From Blasia pusilla (taxonomy: Eukaryota): a DNA stretch of 64,000 bases. The DNA is taken from the NCBI GenBank assembly GCA_050084515.1, contig CM114271.1:48546001-48610000 (forward strand), written 5' to 3'. The first letter of the stretch is position 1; every line of letters begins with the position of its first letter. The position numbers and the translations under genes are program-made. The notes under the pieces are model-generated. The model worked only from the letters and a program-made list of their open reading frames with translations, was not told where the DNA came from and did no database searches. Shown here one piece after another: positions 28,054-41,530 of the stretch.

Positions 28054-31000
28054 TGTCACATCTGGGTACCCGATAGGCCGAGATCTATCGTGGATAGGGC
28101 GTAGGAGCTAGCAGACTATCTTGAGTGTAACTTTGTTCCACTGTGTCGGATGAGGCTGAGGATAGGTCCATTGTATCAGGAACATCGTTTCTGAAAACTT
28201 TCATGTTGTGGTCTTTGATAGTCGGGTGACTTGTTGACCAGGTCACCCGCCCCTGGTAACCTGTGCGCGCAGGTTACCAAGGGGAGGGCTATTTTTAGGG
28301 GAAGAGCCTTTTGGCTCTTCCCAACCCTATATAAGAGAGGAAGGTGGCTTTCCTAAGCCATCTTTCTCATGTTGGGCCATTGGAGCACCTGTCTTGTATG
28401 TGTGTGAGATAAGACTAGGGTGATAGCGTCCGGATTCCTTGATCGCACAGGGTGGACGAGGTTTGATATGCCGATGTAGATTGAGGAGTGGAGTTTTAGG
28501 CCGGGTGTGCCGTTTTTACTACTCTTTATTTTTACATGAGAAAGATGCAAGGGGGCTGGCGGGAATTCGTTATTTGCAGGTAGGCAAGCGAGTTGCCTTG
28601 GTCGGGAGCCCTTGGAGACGCGTGTGTTGCGGGTGTTTGTCATTTTCTGTTTAGAAGGCCGTGGGCGAAAGCGCTGTCCTTTTTTCTCAAAGTTTTCCAG
28701 TGCACAGGGATTTAGGACAGTGTCAAAGTGTAGTACAGAGTGGGGCGGCGAGTTTATCAGCGAGAGTGTCAAGAAAGAGAAGGCGTTTAGGTCGCACGGG
28801 TGCAGACGGGCAAACGGCGGCGGTTTGACCGTGCAACAGGTTGGAGGGCATGATCAGGTTACCCATTCGAGTCCCTTTTCCTACACTTGTTGTATGTGAT
28901 TGAGAGTGTTGGGTATCGAGTAGTAGTTGGTGCTAGGTGGGTGCAGTGATGGTGACGAGTGTAGATTCTGTTCATGTGTAGCATGTTGGTGGATATACGG
29001 CTGTTGCCGCGTAGGGATCGCATGTATGAACCGAGAGTGTCGCTAGGTTAGGTGAGTCAGTTGGGAGGCTCATGGTGAGCCCGAGTGTTGAGTGTGCGTG
29101 AGGCTAGGTATGTCATCACAGGATTGATGTTAGCATAAGTGAGCTAGTGAGGAGTGTGGGAGACTCTCGGTGAGTCTGAGTGCTTGAGCGGGTGAGACAG
29201 GGTTTTTCATCACGGCATTCATCCAGGGTTCGGAAGAATGGGGTAGTGCTAGTAGTGGTAGTGGTGTGACACAGAGTGGAGTGAGATACCGAGGGGTTTC
29301 TAGTGAGGAGCTACCTCGACATCCATCCGTGGCTGGATCGTCATCACTAGACACTGGGTCTGGTGACGAGATCGTAGACAGAGACAGTAGTACTTGGCAG
29401 TAGATGGACGACATGGGCCATCAAGGCATACGTCGTTTCTCGGGAGCAGTGGGCACCATCGACTTAGATGATTTTATCCAGGAGTTTGACACGTGGTGTG
29501 ACTTCCAGAAGATACGGACCCCGACACGGTTCAACCCTTTCATGGCATGGAAGGGGTTGTTCCAGCACTTGGAGGGTCCTCCGATGGATGATTACATGGA
29601 GTTTCGATCACTATATTCGGTAGAGATCGATGCCTGGAGGATGTATTGGGCTCCAGGGTTTGTGTCCACTAGTGGTCGCGAGGCATATGATGGGATTGTG
29701 AGAGGAGAGAGACCCACGCCGTCAGCCGGGAGACTAGATGGAAAGGAGGGCAGTGAGACAGGCGATGTGGCTGAAGAGTCTACAGGATTTTCAGCGATGA
29801 TCGGGTGAGAGTCTGAGAGAGGCATTCACACTCACGAGGAGGCTGATCATTGCTACGTATGGAGTGACTGAGGCGCAGTTAGTCCAGTATTAGTACGGGG
29901 TTCTGGACCGAGAACTACGGAGGAGAGTCCGAGATGCAGTGCTGATTCACACAGCAAAGCCCACATTGAAGGTGGTCTTTGAGTTGTCTGAGCGTATTGA
30001 GCTCAACATGAGTGAGGAGCAAGTAGTGACCGCTAGATTTTCTCGAGATTCGACGGGTCCACGAGCGATGGTGACCCCACAGGTGCCACAGCGAGCACCA
30101 GTACCACGGAGAGCGGGCAGGTGTGCCCAGAGAACAGGGCGGGTACCGTGAGCCTATGAGGCAATGATCCGTTCCTACATATGTTGCCCAAGAGGGACCG
30201 ATGTGGTCTTGTTAGACGTGTGGAGGGGCCCATAGGCAGAGAGACTGCCCACAGCATGGGAGAGGACCACGAGCGCCTCCGATTGCTCAAGAACCATAGA
30301 GGATGGCCCCACCACAACACCATTGTGACTGTTGCCATAGATATGGTCACACTAGGGACATGTGTTTTGACCTTTGCCAAGAGGCACGTCTTGAGGTAGG
30401 CCGAGGGCCTGGGAGCGGTCGTCCTGGAGGAGGTCGGGGAGTCCTTCCTGGATGTGGTGGTAGAGGACCACCACCAGCCCGAGGAGATGGAGTAGGAGCA
30501 CCAGAGTCGGCACTTCTCTCACGCATCGATCAGTTGGAGCAGAGGATTGCTGTTATGACGATGATGCAGCTTAGGGAAGGCACGGAGATGCGAGCAGCGA
30601 GTGTGACTCCAACTTCTACCTCTTACCTTGACCCGGGTGAGGATCTCGCCAATATGGGGTTTATGTGTAGTGCAGCCTAGGTTGAGGCAGTTGGAGTGGT
30701 GACTCGGGATGCTGCGAGAGGCATCGAGTCACCGAGAGGTGGAGTTGAGATTGACCCACCAGAGGGGACCGATGGGCGGCACGCCAGGGTTCCATAGTCA
30801 TTCACATTGTTGGAGGCACTTCATACACCATCGATGGTGCCTCGACAACCAGCGGTGCCTACAACTCAGGCACCTACATCGACATCACGAGGAGTTTGAG
30901 TGACAACTCCTATGCCGGCTCGAGTGGAGTTAGTGTCGACCATAGTGTTGGAGGTGGCCACCAGAGTGAGTTAGACTCCACTATTTTCCGCCATAGAGTT

Positions 31001-33464
31001 GGTGACGTTGGGAGTTGGACCAGCTGAGGTGTTACAGCTGGCCGCCACGTTGTGTGAGCGTGGAGAGATGACTGCTTCTTGTTCAGAGGTAGTTGAGGAG
31101 GTGTTGGACTTGCCCTCAGAGCCAGTGCTCAAGACGTTCCCCACAGAGTCATGGCATGCAGCAGCGGCAAAGTTGGTAGATATGCCAGCTCGACCGGCCA
31201 TAGAGCGAGCAGTGGTGATACCTGGAGTAGTGTTACTGGATAACCAAGTTGGAGTATTTTTCTTGGTTAGTCCGACGTGGACAGTATATCACCCGCAGCG
31301 CGTCCTACTTGATTCGGGAGCGCAACCCTTGATGTTAGGGAAGGCGGCGTGTTTAGCGTTGGGGTTATGGAAGGCCGATATTGAGCCTTGTCCCTTCCAG
31401 ATACAGACCTCGATTGGGGGCGTGTCACCCACGCAATATATGACTTGACAGGAGATAGTTGTCAAAGTCCAGCCAGAGCATGCGACAGATAGTGCTATGG
31501 TGCACACACGTGCGATTACGACACCAGCTGAGACGTACGATGTGTTGGTGGGGAGTACAGTGTTATATCCCCTGGGATTCATCTTGGACTTCTGGGAGGA
31601 GACCGTTGCTTATCGGTCAGGGTGGCAATCAGGTGACGGCCAGATGAGTCAGTTAACCGTGCAGTTTGCGGGACGAGGTGGTCGATCATGAGGCGAGTCT
31701 GTGACCACGTTGGCGGCTTTCACAGATAGTGTTAGCTGGCCAGAAGAGTTGTTGGAGGAGAATGCACATGCGGAGGATGTCGTAGTAGCGGATAGTCCCA
31801 CGGAGTGACAGGCCATGGCGGGTGTCTCTTCCCATGTTGGCGAGACCTCTTCACCATTGTGGAGTACGACTCGAGAGCTATAGAGGAGTGTCAACGACCT
31901 CGTGAGGCAGGCGTGGAGTCATGCTTTTATTCCAGAGCAGCGAGAGTCACGTGGCAATCGGGTTCTTGGAGTGGAGACGTTTACCCCACTGGATACCACA
32001 CCCGTTGTGTGGCAGTGCCCAGAGGAGGGTGTTAGGGTGTTAGATCTCTTCGGAGGGATTAGCACGGGATTGGCTGCAGTATTGCAGGCGGGCATACGGG
32101 TGCATACCTTTATGTGGAGAGAGATGATACCGCGCGACCAGTATCATTACGTCACGTGGCGCCATTGGTCTAGAGGTATCCTGAGTTGTTGCCGATATCT
32201 GCAATACGGGGATATCAGCATACACTACCCGCCAACATCTCTTTGGTAGGGGCGCAGGATCTTGAAAGAGTTGGCACCATTCATTTGGTGAACGTGTCGT
32301 TGTTGGGAGACACTCGTGCATGTGTGATGACGATTGTGTATCAGGTGAGGTCCTGGTGGGGACCTGCTGTGTTATTAGATGCGGCGAGAGTTAGATCACG
32401 TGCCTATCGTCCACGACTATGGTGGACAAACTGATACCATGAGAGGTACTGAGTCAAGCATACGATGGAGTCCAGAGAGCACCACATCTCACAATGGATG
32501 CTATTTTGGGCTCAAGGCGTCGATCTCAAGTGGTGACACGGGATGATAGACCACCGTTGGCCATGGCCAATAGGGTGGGGGAGTTGAGGGCAGCCTTACC
32601 TACGTTGGTGAGCTTCCCAACATCCCATGCCTTTCGTCAAGGAGGGTCAGGCATGATTTGGGATGAGGTGGCCAGAGCATTGGAGGAGCCTACAGCATAT
32701 GAGCGCGAGCGCGCCATGGGGTTTGCTACCGGTACTACGGCGGTGCCAAGGATGATTGAGGCATCCCGGAGACAGGTGTTGGGGCAGGCAATGGACCTCA
32801 ACTATCTCACATGGATAGTCAGCCTAGGTATGGCTGAGGAGAGATGGATGTGAGTGTCATCCATGTCGTCACGTCCACGAGTTGGACCATTGCCTACAGG
32901 GTCTGTACAGGCATTGGCTGGGGGCGAGACGAGGAGAGATAGGCACCCATGGACTTCCTGGGACGTCGTTCAAGCAGAGAGTGCGAAGGTGGCCAGAGTA
33001 GCACATGTTCATTTTTTGGATGTAGAGCATAGTGTAGGAGGTCAAAATGGAGTGGCTGTTGCAGAGGTGGCTAGGGTTGCTACATAGCAACCAAAGCCAG
33101 AGGTTGCGTCCTCTCCAAGTGAGGTCACAATGGAGACTTGGGAGCCTGTGATAGGTCTCAAGTTGATAGGAGGAGAGCGAAGGTGAGTTCATAGGTTTCT
33201 GAGAGGGCATGTCAGTTGTTTTGCTTCAGTATGAGAGACTTGGGTACGCTGAAGGGTCCTGGCATACGGATTGAGTTGGCTAGTGATACGCCGATCTTTC
33301 GTCAACCCTACATGTATTCTGATATGAAGCAAGCCTTGATTTAGAGCAGGAGTCAGGACTTGTTGGAGGCAAGACTTGTGGAGTTATCACATGGGGAGTA
33401 TGCATCTGCCACAGTCATGCCGACAAAGAAGGATATGTATGGCAATTAGACAGATAGGCAGATG
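28054..33464 (+). mobile_element. Element B (subfamily 2), 3'-truncated, inserted into the integrase of C: A'-gag-protease-DNMT-start of RT
   Basis: Starts TGTCACATCTGGG. A' repeat 28054-~28545 has TATATAA at ~28328. Gag 29404-29808, CCHC knuckle CDCCHRYGHTRDMC ~30320, protease VLLDSGAQP ~31300, DNMT motifs 32030-32830, RT start PIFRQPY ~33290. Confidence 0.85.
32030..32830 (+). pseudogene. DNMT3-like C5 cytosine methyltransferase domain of element B (catalytic PC motif deleted)
   Basis: Reads VLDLFGGISTGLAAVLQAGIRV, LLDAARVRSRAYRPRLWWTN and ERERAMGFATGTTAVP..SRRQVLGQAMDL. The sequence jumps from TIHLV directly to NV, removing motif IV up to motif VI. Confidence 0.85.
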
Positions 33465-35437
33465 CATGCCAACCGGGCACCATCTCCTCATCACTCTCTC
33501 CGTGCCATCGAGCTCCTGTGTCGTCTCTCTGACTCGGACATGGGTTATGACTCAACCCATCCGCATCCTGGTTCAGCCGACCTAGCCTATGAACCACCTC
33601 AAACTCATACTCCTATAGTAATAGAGCCCACCTGGCAAGCTTTCCCGTAAGCTTGTCGGACTCCATCAACCACCTCAACGGCTGATGATCAGTGATAAGT
33701 GTGAAAGGGTTGTCAAATAAATAGCACCTGAAATGTGCCACGGCCCACACTACAGCCAAGCACTCTCCCTCAAAGGAGCTGTACTTCGCCTCTACACTGT
33801 TGTTCGATCGGCTCGCGTAAGCAACAATGAACTCCCTCTCCTCGTCATCCCTCTAAGTAAGCACTGCTCCTAGACCCAACATGCTCCAATCCGTATGTAA
33901 CTGGAATGGGCGACCCTTATCTGGTCTGTGTAAAATGGGTGAGGATGCCAACTTGTCCTTGAGTTCTTGAAATGCTTGCTCCACATCATCTCCTCACAAC
34001 CAAACCTGATCAAGTCTCGTCAAGAAGGTCAAAGACTTTGCGATCGCACTAAAATCCTTGACATACGGTCGATAGAAGTTCGCCAGTCGAAGAAATGCTT
34101 GGACTCGACTCACATCTGTAGGGCGTGGAATCTGCGCAGTAGCCTCTATCTTTGTCTGCTGAACGCCTAACCCACTCGGGTATATGGTGTGTCCCAAGTA
34201 CTCAATCTGCTCCTGAAAGAATCTGCACTTTCCTGGATGTAACTTCAGTCCATGTAATTGCAATCGCCGAAACACCTCCTCCATGTGTCGCTCATGCTCC
34301 TCAACCGTGGAACTGAAGATAAGAATATCATCTATGTAACATCGTACAAAATCCAGGCCATCTAGAATCCTATCCATCACTCTCTGAAACTCTGCAGGCG
34401 CGTTCTTCAACCCAAATGGTAAGAACCGCCACTGATACAAGAAATCTCTCCCGAACCAATCTATCCCCCATAATGTTATCTTCTCCCTGTCCTCCAACCT
34501 CATAGGAAGCTGATGATAGAGATCTAAAGTACTGAAGATCTTTGCATGCCCTACCACATCAAAGATCTCCTCAAGAGTAGGCATGGCGTAACGATCTGAC
34601 CTCGTCTGTCGGTTGATAGGTCGGTAATCTCCACACATCCGCCTATCCATCCAATTGCCATACATATCCTTCTTCGTCGGCATGACTGTGGCAGATGCAT
34701 ACTCCCCATGTGATAACTCCAGAAGTCTTGTCTCCAACAAGTCCTGACTGCTGCGCTGAATCAAGGCTCGCTCCATATTGGAATACCTGTAGGGTCGACG
34801 AAAGATCGGCGTAAAGATCCTTCTCATGTAAAAATAAAGAGTAGTAAAAATGGCACACCCGGCCTAAAACTCCACTCCTCAATCTACATCGGCATATCGA
34901 GCCTCGTCCATCCTGTGCTATCAAGGAATCTGGACGCTAGCACCCTAGTCCTATCTCACACACATACCAGAGAGGTGCTCCAACGGCCCATCATGAGAAA
35001 GATGATTTAGGAAAGCCATCTTCCTCTCTTATATAGGATTGGGATGAGCCAAAAGGCTCTTCCCCTAAAAATAGCCCTCCCCTTGGTAACCTGCGCGCAC
35101 AGGTTAGCAAAGGCGGGTGACCTGGTCAACAAGTCACCCGGTTGTGAAAGACCTCAATATGAAAGTTATTAGAAACAACGTTCCTAACACAATGGACCTA
35201 TCCTCAACCTCATCCGACAAAATGGGAAAAAGTTACACTCAAGATAGTCTGCTGGCTCCTACGCCCTATCCACAATGGATCTCGGCCTATCGGCTATCCA
35301 GATGTGACAACTTGACTAACGTGAGAGAGCATGTTCTCCCTTTGTTTGGCTCATTCTCAACTATATTTAGGAATTTGCTAATTTGGGTAAGTTCCTATTA
35401 AGAACATAGTTGACTTTCTACCTTTGAAAGTGGCCCT

Positions 35438-35956
35438 TGTCACGTCCTTTAGGATAGATCGGTGAGATCTAGTAGAGCGTCTTCAAGAGTAGTGGAGGAT
35501 AGGCCTAGGAGGTCGAGGATGACCTGCTGAAGCCCCGGGGAAACCTGAGAGAGCAGGTTTCCCCTTCGTTTTTGCTCATTTGGAACCATATTTAGGAACT
35601 TACTATTTTAGGTAAGTACCCTTTTGAGTATATGATCGATTTTCTATTTTTGGTGAGTGGCCCTTGACCTCCTACATCAGGTCAAGACCTAAAGAGGTGA
35701 CTTGGGAGAATAGGTTACCATGGAGAGAGCTTGGGAGAGGGGAGGGGTATATATCCCAAGGAGAGAGAGCTTGAGAGCTCATTCTCTCTTTGTTGAACCT
35801 CTTGGCATGAGGCGGCGGAGCTATGGTCCCTTGCCTTGTGAGAGTAACCCAAGCCTTTCATTAGGAGAGTGGGTTTGGTTTGACATGAGAGAGAGAGTGC
35901 ACACCTTTGAGAGTTATGGTATGAGATCGTGTAGAGAGAGATTGGATTTTACTTTA
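35438..35956 (+). repeat. Repeat A1 (5' terminus of element E)
   Basis: Direct repeat of 46481-46997 with roughly six substitutions and one GA indel by eye. TATATAT box at ~35748. Confidence 0.92.
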
Positions 35957-36660
35957 CAAGCCTCTCATTAGGAGAGTGGGTTTGGTTTGACATGAGAGAG
36001 AGTGCACACCTTTGAGAGTTATGGTATGAGATCGTGTAGAGAGAATGCGAGAATGAGAGAAAGAGAGAATGCAAGACAGAGAGAGTGAGAGAGCTTCTTG
36101 GGGGAGCTCACTGGTCACTCGCTGTTTTTGCAGGTTGGGGACCGTGTTCCCCGTTCAACGGCTCATGGGAGTGCTCATCGGAGCAAGGGTTGCTTGGATA
36201 GTTCTTTGCATTTGCCGATTTTTCGTGTGAAAGAGTGGCGCGCGGAAGCGCTGCCCAATTTTTGATAGGGATTGAGTATGGGGGCGGGTTGCCCCATGCC
36301 GATGCTTTCGGGAGAACCATGTCGCTTGCTGATTTGGATTTTTATAGGTTTTACATTTTTGTTGGGAGGAATCAATGCGGAAGCGCTGCCGAATGTTGGG
36401 TAGAAGAAAAAGACATTGGGCTTTACGACAGTCCCCGTCAGTTTTTACTCGAATGTTTGATTCCAAATAATTTTTGATACTAGCGTAGATCGTGAAGTTG
36501 TGCATGTTGTGCAATAAATAGTGCGCAATTTGGAGTTGTGAGCAAAAAGTTATGGTCAATCTTGCAAAACTGCCATTGCTAGGCGATTTTTAGGGTTAAA
36601 TTGTGCAAACCCTAAACCAGCCGCCATAGTGGCGGCGGCCGTCGCCGTCATAGTCACCGT

Positions 36661-36760
36661 CAACCGTCAATGGTCAACTTTCACCGTCAATGGTCAACCA
36701 TCACCGTTAATGGTCAACCATCACCGTCAATGGTCAACTGTCACCGTCAATGGTCCACCG
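36661..36760 (+). repeat. 20-bp minisatellite (TCACCGTCAATGGTCAACnn, about 5 copies) in the 5' leader of element E
   Basis: Tandem units directly visible. A shorter related array lies at ~59815-59878 in element G. Confidence 0.85.
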
Positions 36761-39700
36761 CCCGTTTTCCACCCTTGGTTGCCATTGCCGCCGTTACGGA
36801 GTGGAGGATCTTCCACAACATTCGTTGATTCTCGGACTTGCGTCGCCATCACGTACTTTGTTTTGGCGGCTATCGTCATCAACCTGTGATGGCATATGAC
36901 CTCCCGTTATAGTTTTTGAGTTTTGATTTCCTGCTGCTATGTTGTGATTGGTAGCCGCTCAACGACGATCGGGTACCGTGCCGTGACGCCCGTAGCCGCA
37001 ATGCGCCGCCGATTGCCGCGTCGTGCCGCTCGTGGCCGCACCGCACCATCTTGATTGCAGAGCCGCTCCGGCATTGTGGAGCAGAGTGTGGGTTTATTGT
37101 TGATTGAGGAGGGTATGCCTCCGAGTGCCGCATCCCATCATCGAGGGCCGTGTCGTTCGTAGCCGTTTCGTGCCGCGCACAACGCCGCATCGTTCCGCTG
37201 GAACTGCACCATCTATCGAGGAGTTTTGAGCAACGTCAATACGAGAGGAGTATGACTTGCTGATTGGAGGAGTTGTCTCCACGACTAAGTTGGGGTCAAG
37301 ATTCGCAGTTGCTAAGGATCGACATTGACATGTGTTCAAGTTACCCATTCTGGTCCTTTAGCATGCACGTGTGAGGGATTCTGGGATTTGGGTAGTTTAT
37401 TTGGGGATATTGGGTGTGTGGATGTTGAGAGCATCATTTATGTATGTGATTTAGGGGACATAGACCTGTGTGGGATGTCCGGAGTTGAGGGTAGGTTGTC
37501 AATGAGATGATAGCCTGGTCGATTTGCCGCACCACGCTGCTTATTGCCGCACGTTACATGTCTCGGGGAGGGAGAGTGTAGATCGAGTGCCACATGTTTG
37601 GGATGAGTGATTGAGGGATTACTCACGAGGCAAGAGTGATTGGGTGAGAAGGGCACGAGGGTCATCACGGTGTCCGTTCGGGACTTTGAGAGGCGAGGTG
37701 GTGAACCCGAGAGTAGCTCTAGAGGTTTTACCTAGAGTGGCGTGAGGTTCCGAGGGTCTTCACTTCAGGGACCACCTCGACCTCCTTCTGTGTCATCGTC
37801 AGACGAGGGGGAGGGTGTAGAGGAATTTGTGAGCACATCGCTAGACATTGTGAGTGGTCCTACCAGTTGGGCGTACGAGATAGACGACCGGGGTAGAGGA
37901 CCGCGTAGGTTTTTAGGTGTAGTAGGTACGATTGAGTTGCACGATTTCATAGCAGAGTTTAGGAGTTGGTGCGACTCCCAGCGGGCCAGGAACTCTAGAG
38001 AGTTTAACCCGTTTACAACATGGAACGGTATGTTCCAGCATTTAGAGGGGGCATCCATGGACGATTACCATGAGTTTTCCCACAGATATGCCCGGGAGAT
38101 TGAGGCATGGCGACTCTAATACGACCCACACTATGTGTCATGGACGGAGCCGTTCCTAGATGAGGAGGAGAATTAGGAGAGGCTACTTCCTCTTCCACTA
38201 GTGATGTTTTAGGAGGGGTTACTCGCACTGGAGCAGTTGCACCGTCTAGTCGGGTTTGTCCCACGTTCAACCCCGTGGTTGAGTTCTTTGCTGAGTTGAG
38301 GGCGAGCTACCAAGGGGTATGGACGGAAAAGTTGCCGAGCATCCACAACTTCTAGAGGCGCCCAGGTGAGAGTTTACGTGAGGCTTACACTCACTTGCGC
38401 CGTTTGATCAACGTCACTCAGGGGGTGACAGAGGCTCAGGCTATCCAGTCATGATACGCGATGTTGGACCAGACCCTGCGGCCACGGGTGCGGGAGGGGG
38501 TGCTTCTTATGAGCACCTCCCCTATGTTGAGAGATGTCTTTAGGACCGCCGAGAAAATTCAGCGCAACATAGCGGAGGAGAGCGTAGCCACCATGGGTTC
38601 TGGACGAGAGCAGTCGCGATTGGCTGCACCACCTATGCAACAACGTGGACTCCGAGATAGGTCAATTGTGGCACCACGAGCTCAGGGAGGATACCGGGAG
38701 CTCGTGACACAGAGACCTGCGCCTTCATATATGGCTCAACAGCAGCCGCCTACTATTACTTGTTAGTCAAGTGATGGAGCCCATCATCAGCGCCATTGCA
38801 CTCGTCAAGGTCATGGACGTATGCCTCAACATGGAGGAGGAGATGGTGCTGCACCAGGAGGTTATCAGTGTGACTATTGTGAGAGGTATGGTCATACACG
38901 CGCCAGGTGTTTCAATTTACATCCTGAGTTACATTCGGACCGAGGGCCAGAGAGGGCACCAGAGCGAGTAGCCGGTCCGGGTGGGCCTAGAGATTGTGCA
39001 CCAGGTGGTCCCGTTGGGGGACGAGGAGCTGGAGCTGCCCGACAGGGTGGTGGAGCTGCCCATGGAGGAGGTAGAGTACCACCACCTAGATGCGCCGAGG
39101 GAGACGCCGGACGTGAGGTTGGGATGGATGCTCAGATACAAGAGCTACAGGAGCAGATTGCCACTATGGCATTGAGGTTACCCTATGCCGGATCCATGGC
39201 ATCGACATCATATGGAGTAGCCAAAGCTCTGGAGGATCTTGGTTGGATGTGCGGGGTTGCCCAAATGGAGGACGCCATAGTTATGATGCGTGGAGCAGCC
39301 GTAGAGTTGGATCCACAACGAGGGGAAATCAGAAAACAGACTAGGCTTCCTTAGTCTTTCACGTTGTCCGAAGCGATGAGGACCCCATCGATGGGTCCTC
39401 ATCAAGGTTCCTTGAGAGCTCGTGATGTTGTTGGTGTGCAGGCATGGAGGGTGATGGGAGAAGCAAGTGCGATGACTTCTATTGTTGATGCTCAGGAGGG
39501 GCATGTGTCGAGCACATTGTTGGGGGCGGCCACCATTGTGTACCGCACTCCTTTATTTTATGCTTCCGATGTTATGACGTTGGGGGGTACGCCCGCCGAG
39601 GCTTTTCGGCTGGCCGCGTCGCTATGTGAGCGCGGAGTTGGAGTTCCTGCATCACGTTCAGAGGTGATTGCAGAGGAGGTGATGGACCTGCCCTTGGAGC

Positions 39701-40589
39701 GGATGCTCGGACCGTCCACGTCAAATTCATGGCAAGCTGCGGCTGCTAGGATGGCGGAGATGCCCGCTAGACCCGCGATAGAGCGTGCCATGGCGTCTCC
39801 TGGTGTTGTGTTGCTGGATAACCGAGGAGAGGTCTTCCTGTTGGTGAGTCCTGGAGGTAGAGCTTTTAGTCTGCATCGCGTCTTGTTGGATTCAGGAGCG
39901 CAACCCGTGATGTTGGGGAAAGCGTCATTTAGAGGATTGGGCTTGACGAGAGCCGATGTGGAGCGTTGTCCATTCCGGATACTGACATCCTTGGGTGGAG
40001 CGAGTACCACACAGTATATCACCCGACAAGAGGTCGTGGTGAGGATTCGCCCGGGACATCCTACAGATGAGTCCATGGTGCGCGCAAGGCGATAGTAGTG
40101 ATCGATGAGAGTCCACGACGTCTTGGTTGGTGGAGCAGTGTTATACCCAATGGGGTTTTCCCTGGATTACTGGGAGGAGTCAGCGTCCTACAAACCAGGA
40201 TGGCAGTCAGGTGATGGGCGCCTTAGCTCATTACCCGTTTGATTTACAGGTGCAGTGATCAAGCAACGGCCAAGAGAGATGGCGACCTTAGCAGCATTTA
40301 GCACTGCCATCACTTGGGCTAGTGATTTGATTGAGGGATATGTCCATGCATAGGATACTCTCGTTCTTGATATTTCTATGGAGAGGAGTGTTATGGTAGC
40401 TGCATCATTCCGTGGAGGAGAGGTGCCGTTGTGGGGCTCGATTGAGGAACTTTGACGATTGGCAGATGAGCACGTGCAGACCGCGTGGAGCGTGATGGGT
40501 CTGAGGAACCCGAGGTTGCAGGGAGTGCTACAATGACACCCTTGGATACCACACCCATTGTGTGGTGTATCCCGGGGGAGGGTATTTGA

Positions 40590-41530
40590 GTGTTAGATCT
40601 CTTTGGAGGGATTAGCATCGGGTTAGCTGCTGTTTTGCAGGCAGGAGTGCGAGTACAACAGTACCTGTATGTGGAGAGTGATGATGTTGCAAGGCGCGTC
40701 TCACTACGACATGTGGCGTAGTTACGCCTACGTTTTCCCGACTTATTGTCTGCATGCGCACTACATGGGTACTAGAGTTCCCTACCAAGGAATATTTTGT
40801 TCTTGGGGGCGCAGGACTTAGAGCAGGTAGGGACCATTGATTTGGTCATTGCCGGTTGGCCATGTCAGGTCCAATCGAGTGCTGGACGAGGCAGCGGGTT
40901 GGCGGACACACGGTCTAGGTTGTTTTGGGAGATGTTGAGGGTCTTACGGCAGTTGCAGGAGCACCAGTCTCGTTCTCCAGCCAATATTTTGGAGAATGTG
41001 CCGATCTTAGGAGACTCCAGGTCACGGGTGGTGACGAATGCTCATCAGGTGTGTGCGTGGATCAGCCCAACAGTGTTCTTGGATGCGCCAAGTGTAGGTT
41101 CTAGAGCCCATCTCCCGCGTCTATGATGGACCAACTTGGTGCCCCATGCGGTGTTACGGAGGGCGAGAGTGGAGCGCCCCTCCCATTTGTTAGTGGATTC
41201 CATTCTAGGTCCAGGTCGTTGATCACAGGCAGTGGGGCATGATGATCGACCACCGTTGACTGTGGTCAACAGGGTAGGCAAGCCACGGGCAGCCTTGCCC
41301 ACGTTTGTGAGTTTTCCCACTTCCTATGCATACAAGGAGGCCGCGCCTGGCTTGGTTTGGGATGACCAGGTTCAGCGATTAGTGGAGCCCAACGCCGACG
41401 AGAGAGAGCGAGGGATGGGATTTCCCACAGGAGTGACGGCAGTACCGTCAGTGTCAGAGGCATCACGACGCCATCTCTTGGGTCAAGCGACGGACCTGAA
41501 CTGCTTGACATGGATCCTCAACTTGGGAGT
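40590..41530 (+). pseudogene. DNMT3-like C5 cytosine methyltransferase domain of element E
   Basis: Motif I VLDLFGGI, motif II YVE, motif IV DLVIAGWPCQ, SRLFWEMLRVL, motif VI ILENV, motif VIII FLDAPSVGSRAHLPRL*WTNL, motifs IX-X ERERGMGFPTGVTAVPSVSEASRRHLLGQA. All are in one frame, the same frame as the start of the downstream RT. Confidence 0.93.

Larger units (their letters stand above)
26586..35309 (-). mobile_element. Ty3/Gypsy-type element C (subfamily 2): A'-[gag/PR/DNMT deleted]-RT-RNaseH-[element B]-integrase-PHD-B'
   Basis: Minus-strand start TGTCACATCTGG at 35309 and end ...GCGCACGACA at 26586. RT ORF 33994-34827 (LPFGLKNAP, YIDD), RNaseH ~33600-33990, integrase 27155-28050 (HAYEELGHFG, CMVC, WSLDF, TDQG), PHD ~26805-26950. 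4-bp TSD ACTC/ACTT with one transition. Confidence 0.82.

Noticed and set aside
28054-35309. ~490-bp inverted repeats suggesting a single TIR/DIRS-like element
   Set aside because: They are the A' ends of two separate, oppositely oriented elements (B nested in C). No shared TSD brackets 28054-35309, whereas C has its own TSD at 26586/35309.
36661-36760. CRISPR-like array
   Set aside because: The units are contiguous tandem repeats without spacers, in a eukaryotic TE context.
40590-41530. Host DNMT3/DRM gene or bacterial contamination
   Set aside because: The domain is intronless, multi-copy, embedded at the same place between protease and RT, and decays along with the TE.
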